Positions 49,683 to 63,054 of a stretch of 64,000 nt of DNA are shown in pieces. Where the stretch lies: assembly GCA_903813345.2 (NCBI GenBank), contig CAIIXF020000001.1, positions 38,626,001 to 38,690,000 of the forward strand. The letters run 5' to 3'. Under the pieces are notes generated by a model that worked only from the letters and a program-made list of their open reading frames with translations, had not been told where the DNA came from and ran no database searches. Position 1 is the first letter of the stretch. Each line of letters opens with the position of its first letter. Both the position numbers and the translations under genes were made by a program. This stretch comes from Owenia fusiformis. Lineage: Eukaryota.

Positions 49683-50490
49683 CCCTACTATCACACCAAA
49701 CTAGTTCTCACTACGTTCTCGAAAACGGGCTTCAACTGTGTACGAACGGACTGGACGTACTAAAAACCGTTTGGGGTCTATTTACAAACTTCATCGAACG
49801 TACTCGAACGGGTAGGTCCTCTAGAACTTAGAACATGCTCAAAATTTTCTCGTGGTCGATACGTTCTACAATTAGAACGAGTGACAACGTACTAACGATG
49901 AGCTGGACGTACTACGAACGGAACCGTCATACTTCAATCCTACTAGGGACGTTTTAACAACGAGTTGAACTGTCCGAGGACGTGTTGAGAACGAGGTTGA
50001 ACTAATTGCAAACGTGTTTAAACTGATTAAGAACGTATTTAAGACTGCTTATGAACGAATTAGCAAAAATATAGCTATCACACCAAACAAGTTGCCACTG
50101 CGTTCTTCAAAACTGGTTTTAAACTGTGTGCGAACGGAATGAACGTAGCTGCAACTTGCTATGGTCTATTTACGAACTTCATGGACTTTCCCGGACGGGG
50201 AATATGATTTAGAATTTTGAATCGATTCAAAATTCGATGGCGACCATACCGTTCTGTAATCAGGTCATGATGACCTTCTAGACTAAGGGACGCGTTATAC
50301 GCCGTTGCACACCGACGTGGTGCGACCTGAACGAACTGCGAACGAGATGGACGTATTGAAGACTGTTTATGAACGAAGTAGCTAATTATTTTAGACATAT
50401 TTCCCGACTACAGCCAGATTGAGCCCGTTTTACGACATTTTCGTAGGACTGGCAAGAACGGGTAAGAATTAGTTTGGTGTGATAGGGGGG
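49683..50490 (+). mobile_element. PIF/Harbinger-like MITE, longer form of 3155-3677
   Basis: Same TIRs; flanks TAA/TTA; extra internal segment of about 285 bp containing a diverged copy of the left end near 50076. Confidence 0.85.
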
Positions 50491-50919
50491 TTACAGTGGC
50501 TTTTCCATATAGCTTTGAAATCTCGTTAAGGTCTCATTTTAATGAGATTTTAGAAGATCTGCATTTTTAACCACTAAAGACTAACATTTTCTTCTATTTG
50601 AATTCTGTGTGTAATTTTCTATCAAAACAACTTAGTTTTTGCACTGTTATTTACCTTTATTCAAATTCTAGAGATTTTCAAGTTTTCTAAAAATGGTCGG
50701 GCTAAATCCCCATTGACAAAGTAACATACATTGCTAATATAACAGGCTTGTCGTCAATGTAACAAAAGCGAGGGACTTAGTATATGAATTACAGCTTCAT
50801 TTACAAAACAAATTCCAAATCGAAGAAACTTATTAAAACTAGGCTATATTTTCTAGCTTTGGGCCAAATTATAATCTGCAACTTGACTTATAAGTATAGG
50901 TTATATTGTTTTAGAGAGA

Positions 50920-52318
50920 AAATGTGACATAAAATTTAATGGTTAGATTCTAAACGATAAAGTCTGGTCTCAATTTTTTGAATGTACAACCGATACTACC
51001 CTTTTGGTTATTCAATGGAAAATTTTACATGGTATTTACCCTCAAAATATTTATTTGAAGAAATGTAACATTGAAAACTCTGACATCTGTAATTTTTGTA
51101 ACGCACATGTAAAAGATGACATTGACCACTTCTTTATCAATTGTGACTGTATTAAATCAATTTGGGATGATGTTTATGTTACAAATGATCAAAAAATTGG
51201 AAATGCAATTGTTAAAAAAAAGAAGATTTACTTAAAACATTGGTAATTAAAAAAGCTATACATGATTTTAAAAAAGGGTCAATACAGCTAGTAATGTAAA
51301 AGCTATTTTTGATAATGAAATAATGATCAGAAAGATGTAATGTAACTTGAAATTTCTATAATTGTATTTTATCTTACACTCCCCTCCATAAGTTTGGCAA
51401 CCTTTTTTCTCCATTGAACTACGTGTTAAAACCTCTTTACGTTTGAATTTTTATTTACTTAACCGGCGATGAAATAACTTATGATATTGATGGAAACGTA
51501 ACTTGACTTTATTTCCAATACTTCCAAATTTTCTCAATTTTTTTCCTCAATTACAATAGGTCGAAAATTGGTGATAAATTTGATGAATTTTGAAAATCGT
51601 CATTCTCATGTAATCCAATGGGAAATGGAGGGTTCGGGGCAAATCAGAAATCAGGATATCTTTTCAGTAAAAGATTCAGCAAAAAATATTTTTATATAGA
51701 AAATTGAATTGTCTAACTTTTTTGAACACTAAGTGTTTAGTTTATTTGATGAATATTAAAGTTACAGCGCTTCAAAGTCATTTTTGAAAATTATTTTTCG
51801 CCTCCTGTGTTATTTCAATGGGAGAGGTTTTTTGAAAAACAATTTTGACTTTAAAGCCCTATAACTTTGTTGAACCTGAAGAAACATATCAATTTTTTGT
51901 TAAATAAAGTTAGCAAATTCAATTACCTGCCTAACTCGTATTTTTTGCAAGGACTCGGATGGATGGATATTCTGTCATATGACTTGCGGCAAACCTACCA
52001 TTTCCCATTGGTTAACATGGGAAAGTCGATTTTCAAAAATTCATCAAATTCATCATCAATTTTCGACCTATTGTAATTGAGGAAAAAATTTAGAAAATTT
52101 GGAGGTATTGGAATTAAAGTCAAATTACGTTTCCATTAATAGTACCTGTATAAGTATTTTCATCGCAGGTTAAGTAAATAAAAATTCAAACGTAAAGAGG
52201 CTTTAACACGTAGTTCAATGGGGAAAAAAGGTTGCAAAACTTATGGAGGGGAGTGTATGTATGCATGTAATGTAAAATATGTTTATTAATAAAGTTTGAT
52301 TTTATTTTTTAAAAAAAA
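50920..52318 (+). mobile_element. 5'-truncated L1/Tx1-type LINE 3' end interrupted by a Tc1 MITE
   Basis: 51004-51246 encodes IQWKILHGIYPQN...CNFCNAHVKDDIDHFFINC...W, the CCHC zinc-binding tail of L1-clade ORF2; AATAAA and an A-run at about 52288-52318 after the MITE. Boundaries approximate. Confidence 0.7.
51377..52255. mobile_element. Tc1-like MITE with about 250-bp TIRs and TA TSD
   Basis: TA|CACTCCCCTCCATAAGTTT...AAACTTATGGAGGGGAGTG|TA; internal part resembles the diverged segment at about 4740-5100. Confidence 0.9.
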
Positions 52319-54717
52319 GTATAGGTTTAAATCGAGAAAACAAAAAATTCGTAACCAGGAAGTTCATCCATTTTGTTTCATTGACGTTCCGTCAAAGTAA
52401 CTATAGTTGTGGAACAGTGATTATGGCATTCGGTACAATGCGCGTCGGTAAAATGCGCGTCGGTATAATGGGATCCGGTATAATGCGCGTCGGTATAATG
52501 GGTTTCAGTATAATGCGCGGACCCCGTGAGGATCCCGGTGAGGATCAGACGCGTGAGTATTGTCAATGCCAGATACAGGATAAAAACCATCGGTATTTGT
52601 TTTTTAAGCTAAGATGCAATTCACCCTTTTTATGCCAAGTTTAATGAATAGGGTTTCTAATATTTGGGGGGAGGGGATTAGACCTCTTATTTCGCCGCCC
52701 CCCCCCCGCTATATTGATCCATCAAGGTAATTACATACGACTGAAGGAATACACTGTTTTATTAGTTTGCCCCTTGCCCACTTCAGGTTTAAAATAAAAG
52801 ACGCGGGTTTTGTTACGCGGTAAACATCAGCTTCGTCGTTTATAACTAGACTGCGCGTAGGGTTATTCGCTATATCACATCAAAGTTTTAACATGACTTC
52901 GAGATATGCCCTGGAAGCGCATCAACTCATGAGCAGTAAAACAATAACATTTAAATGCATGTAAGGTTTAATAATGGATCTCCTAGATTCGTTTATAGAA
53001 CTAACTTTGATGGATGTGTTGTCTATGTCTTTGGGCTAGGTTTCTTTTATTACCTGATAATATATCCTAGGTTATTGATCACGTGCCTAACAGGATGGCA
53101 TCCTATTCCAAGTTATCGATGAATTACATTCTTACGTGAGAACGCAGTTGGAAATGGCCGATATAGTCTAATATGAGGATATTAGCTATAAAATAAAAGA
53201 CGTACAAGCATCCAACAAGTTGGCTTTTGGAGTATAATTTGGGTTGGAAACTTCGTCTAATGTTTATAAACATGTTATAGAACACACAGAGGCGAATTAT
53301 AGAAGGGAATTATTCATCTATAGGTTTTTGGGCCGATATAAAGATGACAGCACCAGAATCCAATAAATAAACACAGATCGATTACCATGCCATCTTTATT
53401 TCAAAATTATTTCTATCGACCTCAGCCTATGGAATTATTATAGACAGGTTCCAATTCTAATAATTCAAGTTTTTGTTGCATTTTTTAGAAAAAGCAACAG
53501 ACCTATTTTTACTCAATCAGTTTTTCATGCTGATAAAGATATTAAAAGATGACAGCTCAACGGGGTGGTCACGACACTGAATTTTGGCATGTTTACCCCC
53601 CTAGGAAAATATTCTAGGGGGTACTATGAAACTAGTTCATAACTCAAAGGATATATGAGCTATTGTTCTGATTTGTACACCATACATTGCTAGTACAAAT
53701 ATGAATACTATCCTAAAGTTATAGGTTGATAGCCTTATTGGTCACAGAAAAATACAATAAAGAGGAAAAAGATACGCAATTTTTGTCTTGCCAATTTTAT
53801 ATTTGTAGCTTCAAGTAAAATATGACAGCTTTAACAGCTCATAGAAGTATTCTAATAACATTTCCAGGCTATATGGGGTATTGTAATACATCTATTTTAG
53901 TTATGAAGTACTATTTTGTAATTTTAATATGACTTTATAGTGCCCTACCCCTGGAAAATTGAAGAAAGTGGATGTGGTGAATTTAATCATTTTGCAGCAT
54001 TAAGTTAGAAACATGTATTGATAGACACCAAATCAATAAATTCATACCATCATCAAATGTTAGGTGACATTCTAATTCATTTATTACTAGAATATAGGAC
54101 TTAAGATATTTTATATGTAAGTTTTCAATTTAGTACATGTATCATAATGAAATCTAGTGTAATCACCTACTAGAGAGGACATTGACATAAAGTCTAAACA
54201 TTATAATCATCAATTGATCTCATTTGAGCAACTGGACTATGGTGGTCATCATGCACAAGACATGTACTACAGTGCCCGATGTACTAGGGCACGAGTCATT
54301 TGAGCCATATATACATCCTGGTATATACCTTTACAACCCATTCAGAAGGGTCATTTACAATGTGCAAAACATGGCAAAAGTTCCGTAAAATTGTTAGTTC
54401 TCATCATCTGACCATATAGCAGAGTCCTCATTAAGCCATGATGCATCACAGCCAGATGTTAGAAAAGTAGCTAAGAATCTTTTTTATTAACCAAAGATGA
54501 CTTTCCCACCGATGTTGCATCACACTGTACTGTCAACTGTCTTGTTGCTTTCAATTTTGTTTACTCTACATAGATCTGATTCTGCATTTAAATACCCAGA
54601 CTTCAGTTTACTTCAACTGTCATGACTAAAGCATTTGATAGTATTTACATAATAATGTTATAAAGGAGCATGTAGGTTATCGCAAACAACTTCAGACTAT
54701 GAATATTTTCTGACCAT

Positions 54718-54794
54718 TACCCTGCGTGCAGAGTCTAGTTAAACTAAGACGAAGCTCTCTTTTAAGAAGTGAAGTCAAACGAATGCAAAGGGTA
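54718..54794 (+). mobile_element. Micro-MITE family copy with 9-bp TSD TCTGACCAT
   Basis: TSD at 54709-54717 and 54795-54803. Confidence 0.92.
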
Positions 54795-55190
54795 TCTGAC
54801 CATGAACATAGGTATATCTTTTAGATCTATTCATTATCTTCAAGAAAAGTAAATATAATGATTAATCAGACCTAAGTGATATTAAAGGGAATGGCCCAAT
54901 CAACATACTTTTTACTAAAAATGATGACCTAGTTTTTACCAAAGATGCAACCTTTAATTATATTGTTGAATGCATAATCAGAATATGCTTTGAGACATGT
55001 TCTATTTCCTAAGAGGAAAAGTGGATTGCTCCAGGGACTTTAAAGACACTGGATTTGGATGACCAAAATGAACTGAAACCAATGGATAGCATGACTTTTT
55101 TCAAAGGGGAAATAACATGGGGAACACTAATCTTAGGGGAATTCAGTTTTCGTTTCAAGAGCTATTTGATATATTAAAATAAAGAATAGT

Positions 55191-55397
55191 AACCTGCACA
55201 TCGCTCCAAAACGCAATATGTTGACATATATCGAAGCAATTCAATGAATAATCTTTGAAATGACACATTTATCGTAAGTATTTCTACACAAGATTTGCCC
55301 CATTTGTTCATCATTCTATAATCTTTCATTAAGCTCAAAATGATAAAGTTCACCCCCGAAACAACCCAAGATTGCGTTTTGGAGCGATGTGCAGGTT
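55191..55397. mobile_element. Small MITE with 27-bp perfect inverted ends
   Basis: AACCTGCACATCGCTCCAAAACGCAAT / ATTGCGTTTTGGAGCGATGTGCAGGTT. Confidence 0.75.
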
Positions 55398-56246
55398 TAA
55401 ACATTGTTATTAAAATGATTGCATTTTTGGTGAAAATGAGGTCAACAACTTTGAAAAAATATATTGATGGGTTGATTGCTAGTGAAATATCTCCGAGTCC
55501 GATTGACTTTATTATCCCTGTATATCTGTCTTCATGGTCAGAAAAAAGTCATAATCAAAGATATAACTGTCTGAAATTGTTTGTGATAACCTACCTGAAC
55601 ATTTGCAGGTCAAATCAGGAGTGACACAATTTATTTCCACCAAATTTTTGACATGTCTTCAAATATACAATAGTATTTTCTTCATAAGATAGAATGTCAC
55701 TTGTGAAATTTATTGATTGACCTGAGATCGTATCATATCTTTATGACATAGAAGCGAAATAGCCTTAGCAACTTCTGTTTTTAGAGAACAATAAAATAAT
55801 AGAAAAGATTACTTTACCATAATTCTAATCATCCCACATTGTAGACATATTTTAGAATTAAAAATATGAAGGGAATGACAAAACCTCTTAGCACATTTCT
55901 TAGGAAACAAATAGTGTGGTATTCTTGTTAGTATGGCAACAGAGTTTTTTCTTTTTGTCATTTTTGTCATACAGATTACCTATCATACCAGGATCAAATC
56001 CTGAAAATTTGAATTCAGTATCTTCATTAGTATCTTAGATATATAGGTTTCTTGTAGGGGGGGGGGGTAAAAACGCTAAAATGCAGTGTCGTGACCAGCC
56101 CGTTGAGCTGTCATCTTTTAATATCGTTATCAGCATGAAAAACTGATCCAGAAAAAATAGGTCTGTTGCTTTTTCTAAAAAATGCCTCAAAAAGTCTTTC
56201 CCTTGAGATATTCTGAAATTGGAACCTGTCTATTACTTCCACATTA

Positions 56247-56409
56247 CAGTAAAAACCTGCAATGTGTAACACCTCACAAGTGGAACAGTGTTTTTAAAGT
56301 CCCATGGCCTATGTACTACACGTAAATGAAGCTCTGTAAGTGGAACACCACCCAAGTGGAACACATCTTTTGTGGTCCCAAGAGTGTTCCACTTACACAG
56401 GTTCTACTG
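56247..56409. mobile_element. pogo/Tigger-like MITE with TA TSD
   Basis: TA|CAGTAAAAACCTG...CAGGTTCTACTG|TA with repeated AAGTGGAACA motifs. Confidence 0.8.
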
Positions 56410-59400
56410 TACATACTTAAGGATGAAAAGATCGACGAATGCTTGACATTCCATAGAAATGCTATTATCATTTAGTTTATTTTCCTGAGTTTCTGATGTG
56501 ATTTATTAATTTGTAATATGAAATTAATGTACATTAATATGTAAGATGTGATATTTGTACTTGACTGTATGAAACCAAGAGCACAAGAAAACGTTAAAGA
56601 GCCATTCGGTGTGACATCTATTCTACGTTGCGTTTTATGATTCGTTCACTACATAAACAAACAGCGATGGTATGTCTGCCCATTAGTCCAAAGGTTTCAT
56701 GGATGAGTCCTAGAATATCCAAGTGGAGTAAAATTCTAATTTGCATTTTTCATCTTTTATCCTTTTATTTTAGGGTATTTTCACACTGATGAATACTGTC
56801 GTCGATGTTAACATCGGAATCTCATGTTCCATTGCGTCCGTTTTTATGGAATGATACCCGCCGCCAAAACTTTAATATAAAAATATAGTAATTTCAATTT
56901 GATTTTCCATTTGATTACACGAGGGGCGATCCATACATTCTGATAAAATGTTTTAATTTTTAATTTTTCTCAATGTTATTTTCACAGATAAAGAAAATTG
57001 GAGATATGACAGCACTAGTAATTATAATTTTACCTTTACTTTAAGATGCATGTTTGTTCCAATATGGTTTGGTCAGGTCGATATATCTTGTCAAACAAAT
57101 GCTCACCGTGTATTAGTTCTGCAAAGATCGATTTCCATTTAGGTACGAACAAAGCGCTTTTCAAATCATAAACCATGGATGGACTACACCGATATAATAC
57201 AGTGTTAATGAATTAAGATAATAACGAGGAAATTTCACATTATATCATATTCATAGTTCCAGACCTATAGTATTACTAATGATGATGCTCAAAGGTAAGT
57301 TACACGATATGATGATAATGATTGATAATAGTAATGAAGATATTAATTGTCTCAGCTTTATTACGGTAGGCCTATATAAACAAATCATGTTTTTTCTTAA
57401 TGAGTATTTGAGAGTTACGAGTATCTTTGGTAGGAAACTAAACTTTCTCATTCTGTTCTGATTTATCTCTTTTTATCTCTCTCATTATCTAAAGCTCTTT
57501 ATGGCAAGGGATAGTCGAGACTGGATCCCAAATATGAAACTTTCTTTCAGTTATATTAAGATTACATTGGTATTTGAATATGTATCTTTTGCTTGCAAAC
57601 ATTATGAAAAGAATTGAACACATACGATGAACACTATGTAAAGGAGGCCCCGGTCATCACATTAGGGAGGTTAAGATTAGTGTAAAAATATACGTATACC
57701 TATCCCCATCCGTATATTTGTTACGGATACGTATAGGTAATGGGCTATGTAAAATTAGTTTAAGATTAACGTAAAGGGCTACAAAATCGTATTCAACAAT
57801 TTATGATAAAAATGACATGCTAATTTTAGGATAAAAACCTTGCGGTGACGAGTATGGCGTTTGTTTGCCAGTATAATATGTCACCACCAAAAGCTGTTTT
57901 ACAACAGAGAGAGTGGGCGTGGTGTAGCTATTGTAATGAAAGGGGGTATTGCTAATGGGGCAGTGACTTAAGGCGAAATGTCAAATCTCTAGCATGGCAG
58001 AAGCGAGCCAAAAATATTTTTTAAGATTTGTTTTGAATTTTACAAAAAATAGATGTAATTTCCTTCTAAATTGGGCTAAAAGCTTCAAATAAAGAGCACT
58101 TTAAAGCTCTTTTCTTCTTCTATCTAATGGTTATATTTTATTGGTTATGAGGGGGGTGAGGGGGGTGCGGGGGTGCGTTGGCAACACCCCCCCCCCCCCA
58201 TGGCTACGCCTATGAAGGTACTACTTATAATATTAGTTAATGAAAACATATTTAAGTGTATTTTGTTGCTATGGTGACCAATATTGTCTAACACCTGAAG
58301 ATGGTCACTGTATGAATAAGGTCAAGTCAATCCAACAATTACTTCTCAAGTCATTATGTTACAAGCGGTAGTTTTGAGTTCGTTGTCATGAAAACGGATA
58401 CTAGTATTGCCTAGCATCTGAACACTTTTGTAACAACTCTGCATTAGTTTATATTAGCTTATTTCGAGTGAATTTAATCCTCTGTTTAAGCTCATTACTA
58501 CTTTATTGCTCTGTTACAACGATAAGTCCCCCAACGTGTTGCCTCGATATTGCATAGATATGTTGTAACTTATTAACATGTCTATGTTTTGAACACACTT
58601 TAATTTTTTAAATCAAACTACAACAACATTCGCTGAGTCATAAAAATGTCTGCTATAACAATAACCAAATCTTCAATTCCTGGCGGTACCATAAATGCAG
58701 AAAAAGCACACCCTCAATGACTAATATACTTTAATCTCCAATAAATATTCCAGGGAACTATTAAAGGCTACAATGTGTTTTTACCAGAACAAATAACCAA
58801 ATGGAACATGTGTGAAAAAATACATATTTTTTACAGTTGCTCTATTTATTCATTTATTATTTATTGTATTAGAATTATCAACATAAAGGAATCTATAAAT
58901 TAATGAGTATCATACATAATTAACAGCATGAAGTAGCCCTACATTGTTTGTATTGCATTGTTTTATTTGTTAGCCAAGTCTATTATTTATAAAAAATAAA
59001 TAAATAAATAAATAAATAATGAATAAATTATTTATAACCATAAAATATACATTCATTGTACAGGGTGAGTTAAAATCATAGCCGTACAGGTGAACCAGAA
59101 ATTACCATATCGGAAAAATGAAGCTAGTGCAAAGTTCCCATCACAAAACATTTTGTAATACGTATTTTTTTTCATACCCTGCTTACAGAGTCTAGTTATA
59201 AACGAAGCTCTATTTTAGGAAGCGAAATCTAAGATTTCGAAGATCAAGTCACACACGTACCTCAAATCATTAACATTGCAAAAAGTAACGAATGTAATGT
59301 ATCGATTCATGGATAACTAGAATGTCATAATCTATATTATATTTCAAAGATTATGAATAAGATTCAAATGCATGGACTTTGCCATTACGGGATCAACAGT

Positions 59401-59795
59401 CTCTAATCACTTGGAATAGAGAGCTTTAGATAAAGAGAGACTGATCAATCAGAACCCTGCCTTTTACTGCTGGCTTTACTGATGAAATTAAAACAGTCGA
59501 GTCAGTGGTTGAATTCACAGTCTGTTTGCAGTGAAAATATGACATTAATATATGTTTTCTTTATAATATGTCGAGCTAGGACTGCTCAAACAAATTCGCT
59601 TTTTGTAGCTGCATGTATTTAATTTCAATAGATGATAAACTTCTCAATATAAGAAATTACCCTCATAAGACATTGTTGCAAGGTGTGTTGCAATGAATGT
59701 GGCACCCCGCATTCCCGGGCCCGCATTATGTATTCTCGAAGAAAGCCATCATGATAAGCCATGACATCTCATTTCTTCTCAGCCCTGTGTTTTAG

Positions 59796-59875
59796 TACCC
59801 TTTGCATTCGTTTGACTTCACTTCTTAAAAGAGAGCTTCGTCTTCGTGTAGTTTAACTAGACTGCACGCAGGGTA
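59796..59875 (-). mobile_element. Micro-MITE family copy, TSD GTGTTTTAG/GTGTTTCAG
   Basis: Family sequence with 8/9 matching flanks. Confidence 0.88.
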
Positions 59876-61194
59876 GTGTTTCAGGTGAAACAGAAAGATG
59901 CCATGAGTATCAGAATGGAAGAAAGCATATATTTGCACTGATGGTGTATAGATAGTTATTTTATATAGTGTTTCTAGTTGTACGTGGAAACCTATTCTAA
60001 CCAGGAAGGATATTGCAACTTTTTTCAAGATCCTAAAGTTGCAATTCTCGTTATTGTGTTTCATTGTAAAGACGCATCTGTGAAAGTGCGTCGCTGGTAC
60101 AAAGGCGTAGTTCTACATAAAAAGATACACTTTTTTAAACTTGTACGTGAACGTGTAGAATTATGGACCTGGTGGATTTTTTCTCCCTTTTGTAATGTTA
60201 ATACTTGGCCGGTTGAGTATATAAAGGTATACATGTCCCAACTTTTGGTAAGTGGGGGGGTCAAATGTGGGCCATCCACACATACACTTTTTATCATGCA
60301 TTGTAATTACAAGGGTGTTATAAACGAGACACCAGGATGATATAATGTAGGGGTACAATATATTTTTAGAAAATTAGGGCCCAAATCTTGAGAAAGAGTC
60401 GGAGGCATGCGAGGCGAATCCTGGAAACTCGGGTTCGGGAAAGCGGGGTTCACTGTTTGGTTCCGTTGATACCTGTGCGAAACTACATTCATAATTTACC
60501 CGACAGTCGCTTTGATAATGTTTCTTTATTAAATCTCATCAAGAATGGACGATCTTGCACAGGTACTCATATAAGAACCTCTATATCTTTTTAACACCAA
60601 TATATAACGGACACACTATGTTAAAAATAAAATGTTATATCTAATGTGCCAATTTAATGATTTAGCATATCGAAAATATTTTCAACCTAAGTGACCACAT
60701 CGTGACATCACTTAGGTGGCAACATTTTTCAATGTCAATCTTTTCTAAATATGCTAAACTTAAAAATAAACCAATTTTGACTGTCTAACCAAGTTAAAAG
60801 GATGAATATGTTTTTAATATTAGTTTACCATTGGTTTCTATGAGAATTAAAATTTTGAAATGCATCTTTCCCTGAACCACTGTTCATTGCTCGCTCATCC
60901 TTCAACCAATTTTCTTGATTTTGTCGGCAAAAAACAAGTGAGGATGATTGCTATGCATCGGTGTGAATTATCGCTTTAAAGGATAAGTGTGACCTCTTAA
61001 AGTTAGTTTTGAATAAATTCACGATATTTTAAACAAAAAGTCCTTCAAAAATAATTTTGAAATTAATAAAAAGTTTCACATTTCACGCTTTGACAACATT
61101 GGATAAGACAAAAATATAAGCCAAAGTGGTTTAAACTTTATATGGGGCCTTTAACTGATTAATACAATTTTACACCCATTGGAAGGACTGTACT

Positions 61195-61278
61195 TACCCT
61201 TTGCATTCGTTTGACTTCACTTCTTAAAAGAGAGCTTCTTCGTCTTCAGTAGTTTAACTAGACTCTGCACGCAGGGTA
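61195..61278 (-). mobile_element. Micro-MITE family copy with 9-bp TSD GACTGTACT
   Basis: TSD at 61186-61194 and 61279-61287. Confidence 0.92.
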
Positions 61279-61327
61279 GACTGTACTGTGACAAGTTGGA
61301 CAGAGTTGTATCAATCATACATGTAAC

Positions 61328-61655
61328 CACTGGCGGATCTGGGGGGGGCCCAGGGGCCCGGCCCCCCCCCCCCCTCGGGTGGGCCCAGAAAAAAAATTGG
61401 GCCCAAAAAAATTTTTGAGCCAAAAAAGGCCTTGTTGCCCCAAAAAGTAGGCCTTTTTGGTCATAAATGGGCCTTCTAAGGCCTTATTTTTTAATTTTAA
61501 GCCAAATTTTGAAGAAAATGGGCCTCAAAATTTCAAAATTTGGGCCCACATTTTGGTTTTTAGGGGCCCAAACATTTTTTCCGCGCAAGCGCGGAAGTTT
61601 TTTATCAGACCAGAAGTTTGGGCCCCCCCCTTGTTGGTTCCCAGATCCGCCCCAG
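61328..61655 (-). mobile_element. GC-rich MITE, inverted copy of 8100-8430, flanked by TGTAAC
   Basis: Reverse-complement match to 8100-8430; TGTAAC at 61322-61327 and 61656-61661. Confidence 0.85.
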
Positions 61656-62034
61656 TGTAACTGCATGTCCAGTGGAAAATAACCAACTCTGATCATACAA
61701 AAGGTTCGAATTTGAATTGTCATGCACATGATAGTGGTCAGATAGTGATCTAAAATCGATAGCCCAAACGGGTACAAAATTGGACGGTGTTTACTACTAT
61801 AATGAGATCAAGTGATCCTTACGATTATAGTGAGTTCCATTGCAGTTCGAAACTGAGGTACAAATCATAGACAAGGAAGTGCAAAACAAGATCGCTGAAT
61901 AAAATAAATGATAGTCTATAGAAGGCTTTTATTTTCCCCCAAAACTTAGACAATATTTGACTTCTAACAAACGGCGAATTATCGAAAACAAACGGCGATT
62001 TCGGACACTCGCCCCCTGCTATTGAAAGCCCAGA

Positions 62035-62655
62035 TATAAGGAAATCGCTTAAGGCTATTAAGAAACCAATTTTGGCTATTTTAGCACAACCCGATCATAG
62101 TAGGGAATCACTAAGGGCTATTAAAGCACAACCCGAGCATACTAGGGAATCAATTAGGGCTATTAAGAAACTAATATGGGCTATTTAAGCACAACCCAAG
62201 CATACTAGGGAATCACTAAGGGCTATTAAGAAACTAATTGGGGTTATTTAAGCACAACCCGATCATACTAGGGAATCAATTAGGGCTGTTAAGAAACCGA
62301 TTGGGGCTATTTAAGCACAACCCGAGCATATAAGGGAATCACTAAGGGCTATTAAGAAATCAATTGGACATTTAAAGCACAACCTGAGCATACTAGGGAA
62401 TCACTAGGGGCTATTAAGAGCCAATCTAGAGGATACAAGGGAATCACTAAGGGCTATTAAGAACCAATCTAGAGGATACAAGGGAATCACTAATGGCTAT
62501 TGAGAAACCAATCTGGGATATTTAAGCACAACCCGAGCATATAAGGAAATTGCTAAGGGCTATTAAGAAATCAATTTTGGCTATTTAAGCACAACCCGTT
62601 CATACGAGGGAATCACTAAGGGCTATTAATGAGCCAATATTGACTGTTAAAGCAC
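62035..62655. repeat. About 60-bp minisatellite (about 10 variable units)
   Basis: AAGCACAACCCGAGCATACTAGGGAATCACTAAGGGCTATTAAGAAA recurs, with 45-bp and 41-bp variant units. Confidence 0.9.
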
Positions 62656-63054
62656 TAATTATCACCATTCCTGTAAGGTAGGGTCGCCATTTTTACTAAA
62701 ATCTGATATTTCCTAGGAAATGTAAACAAAGTCAGGCCACGGCTGTGATCAATTGATAGTGGTGTTAATACATCAAAAGTACGGGTCATGATGCCATTAT
62801 TAATATGAAAATTAGCTTATTTGAATATTGTTTTCATAAAAACATCAGAAATATTTTTTTGCTTTCATAGGGTACCAATATTAATTCAATCAACAACGTT
62901 GTAGCATGAATAATGAACCATAAACTAATAGTCTTCAAATATGTCATTTGAAGAATGTAATCATATTTTCTTTATTTTCTAATGCTATTTTTACTGTTAA
63001 TGAAAATTGTATGTTGTATGTTTGGCCCTAAAAGGGCATCAGTACTAATAAATC

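Larger units (their letters stand above)
40361..52524. mobile_element. Mutator-like non-autonomous shell (12.2 kb including nested inserts) with 15-bp subterminal arrays and 9-bp TSD CGTGAGGAT
   Basis: (CATTATACCGACGCG)n at 40371-40445 and its reverse complement at about 52430-52520; GGG...CCC termini; CGTGAGGAT at 40352-40360 and 52525-52533. Confidence 0.85.
53441..56232. mobile_element. Non-autonomous TIR element, Academ-like (TAG...CTA termini, 3-bp TTA TSD)
   Basis: About 160-bp TIRs TAGACAGGTTCCAATT... / ...AATTGGAACCTGTCTA; TTA on both flanks; contains a micro-MITE and a small palindromic MITE. Superfamily is an inference. Confidence 0.75.
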
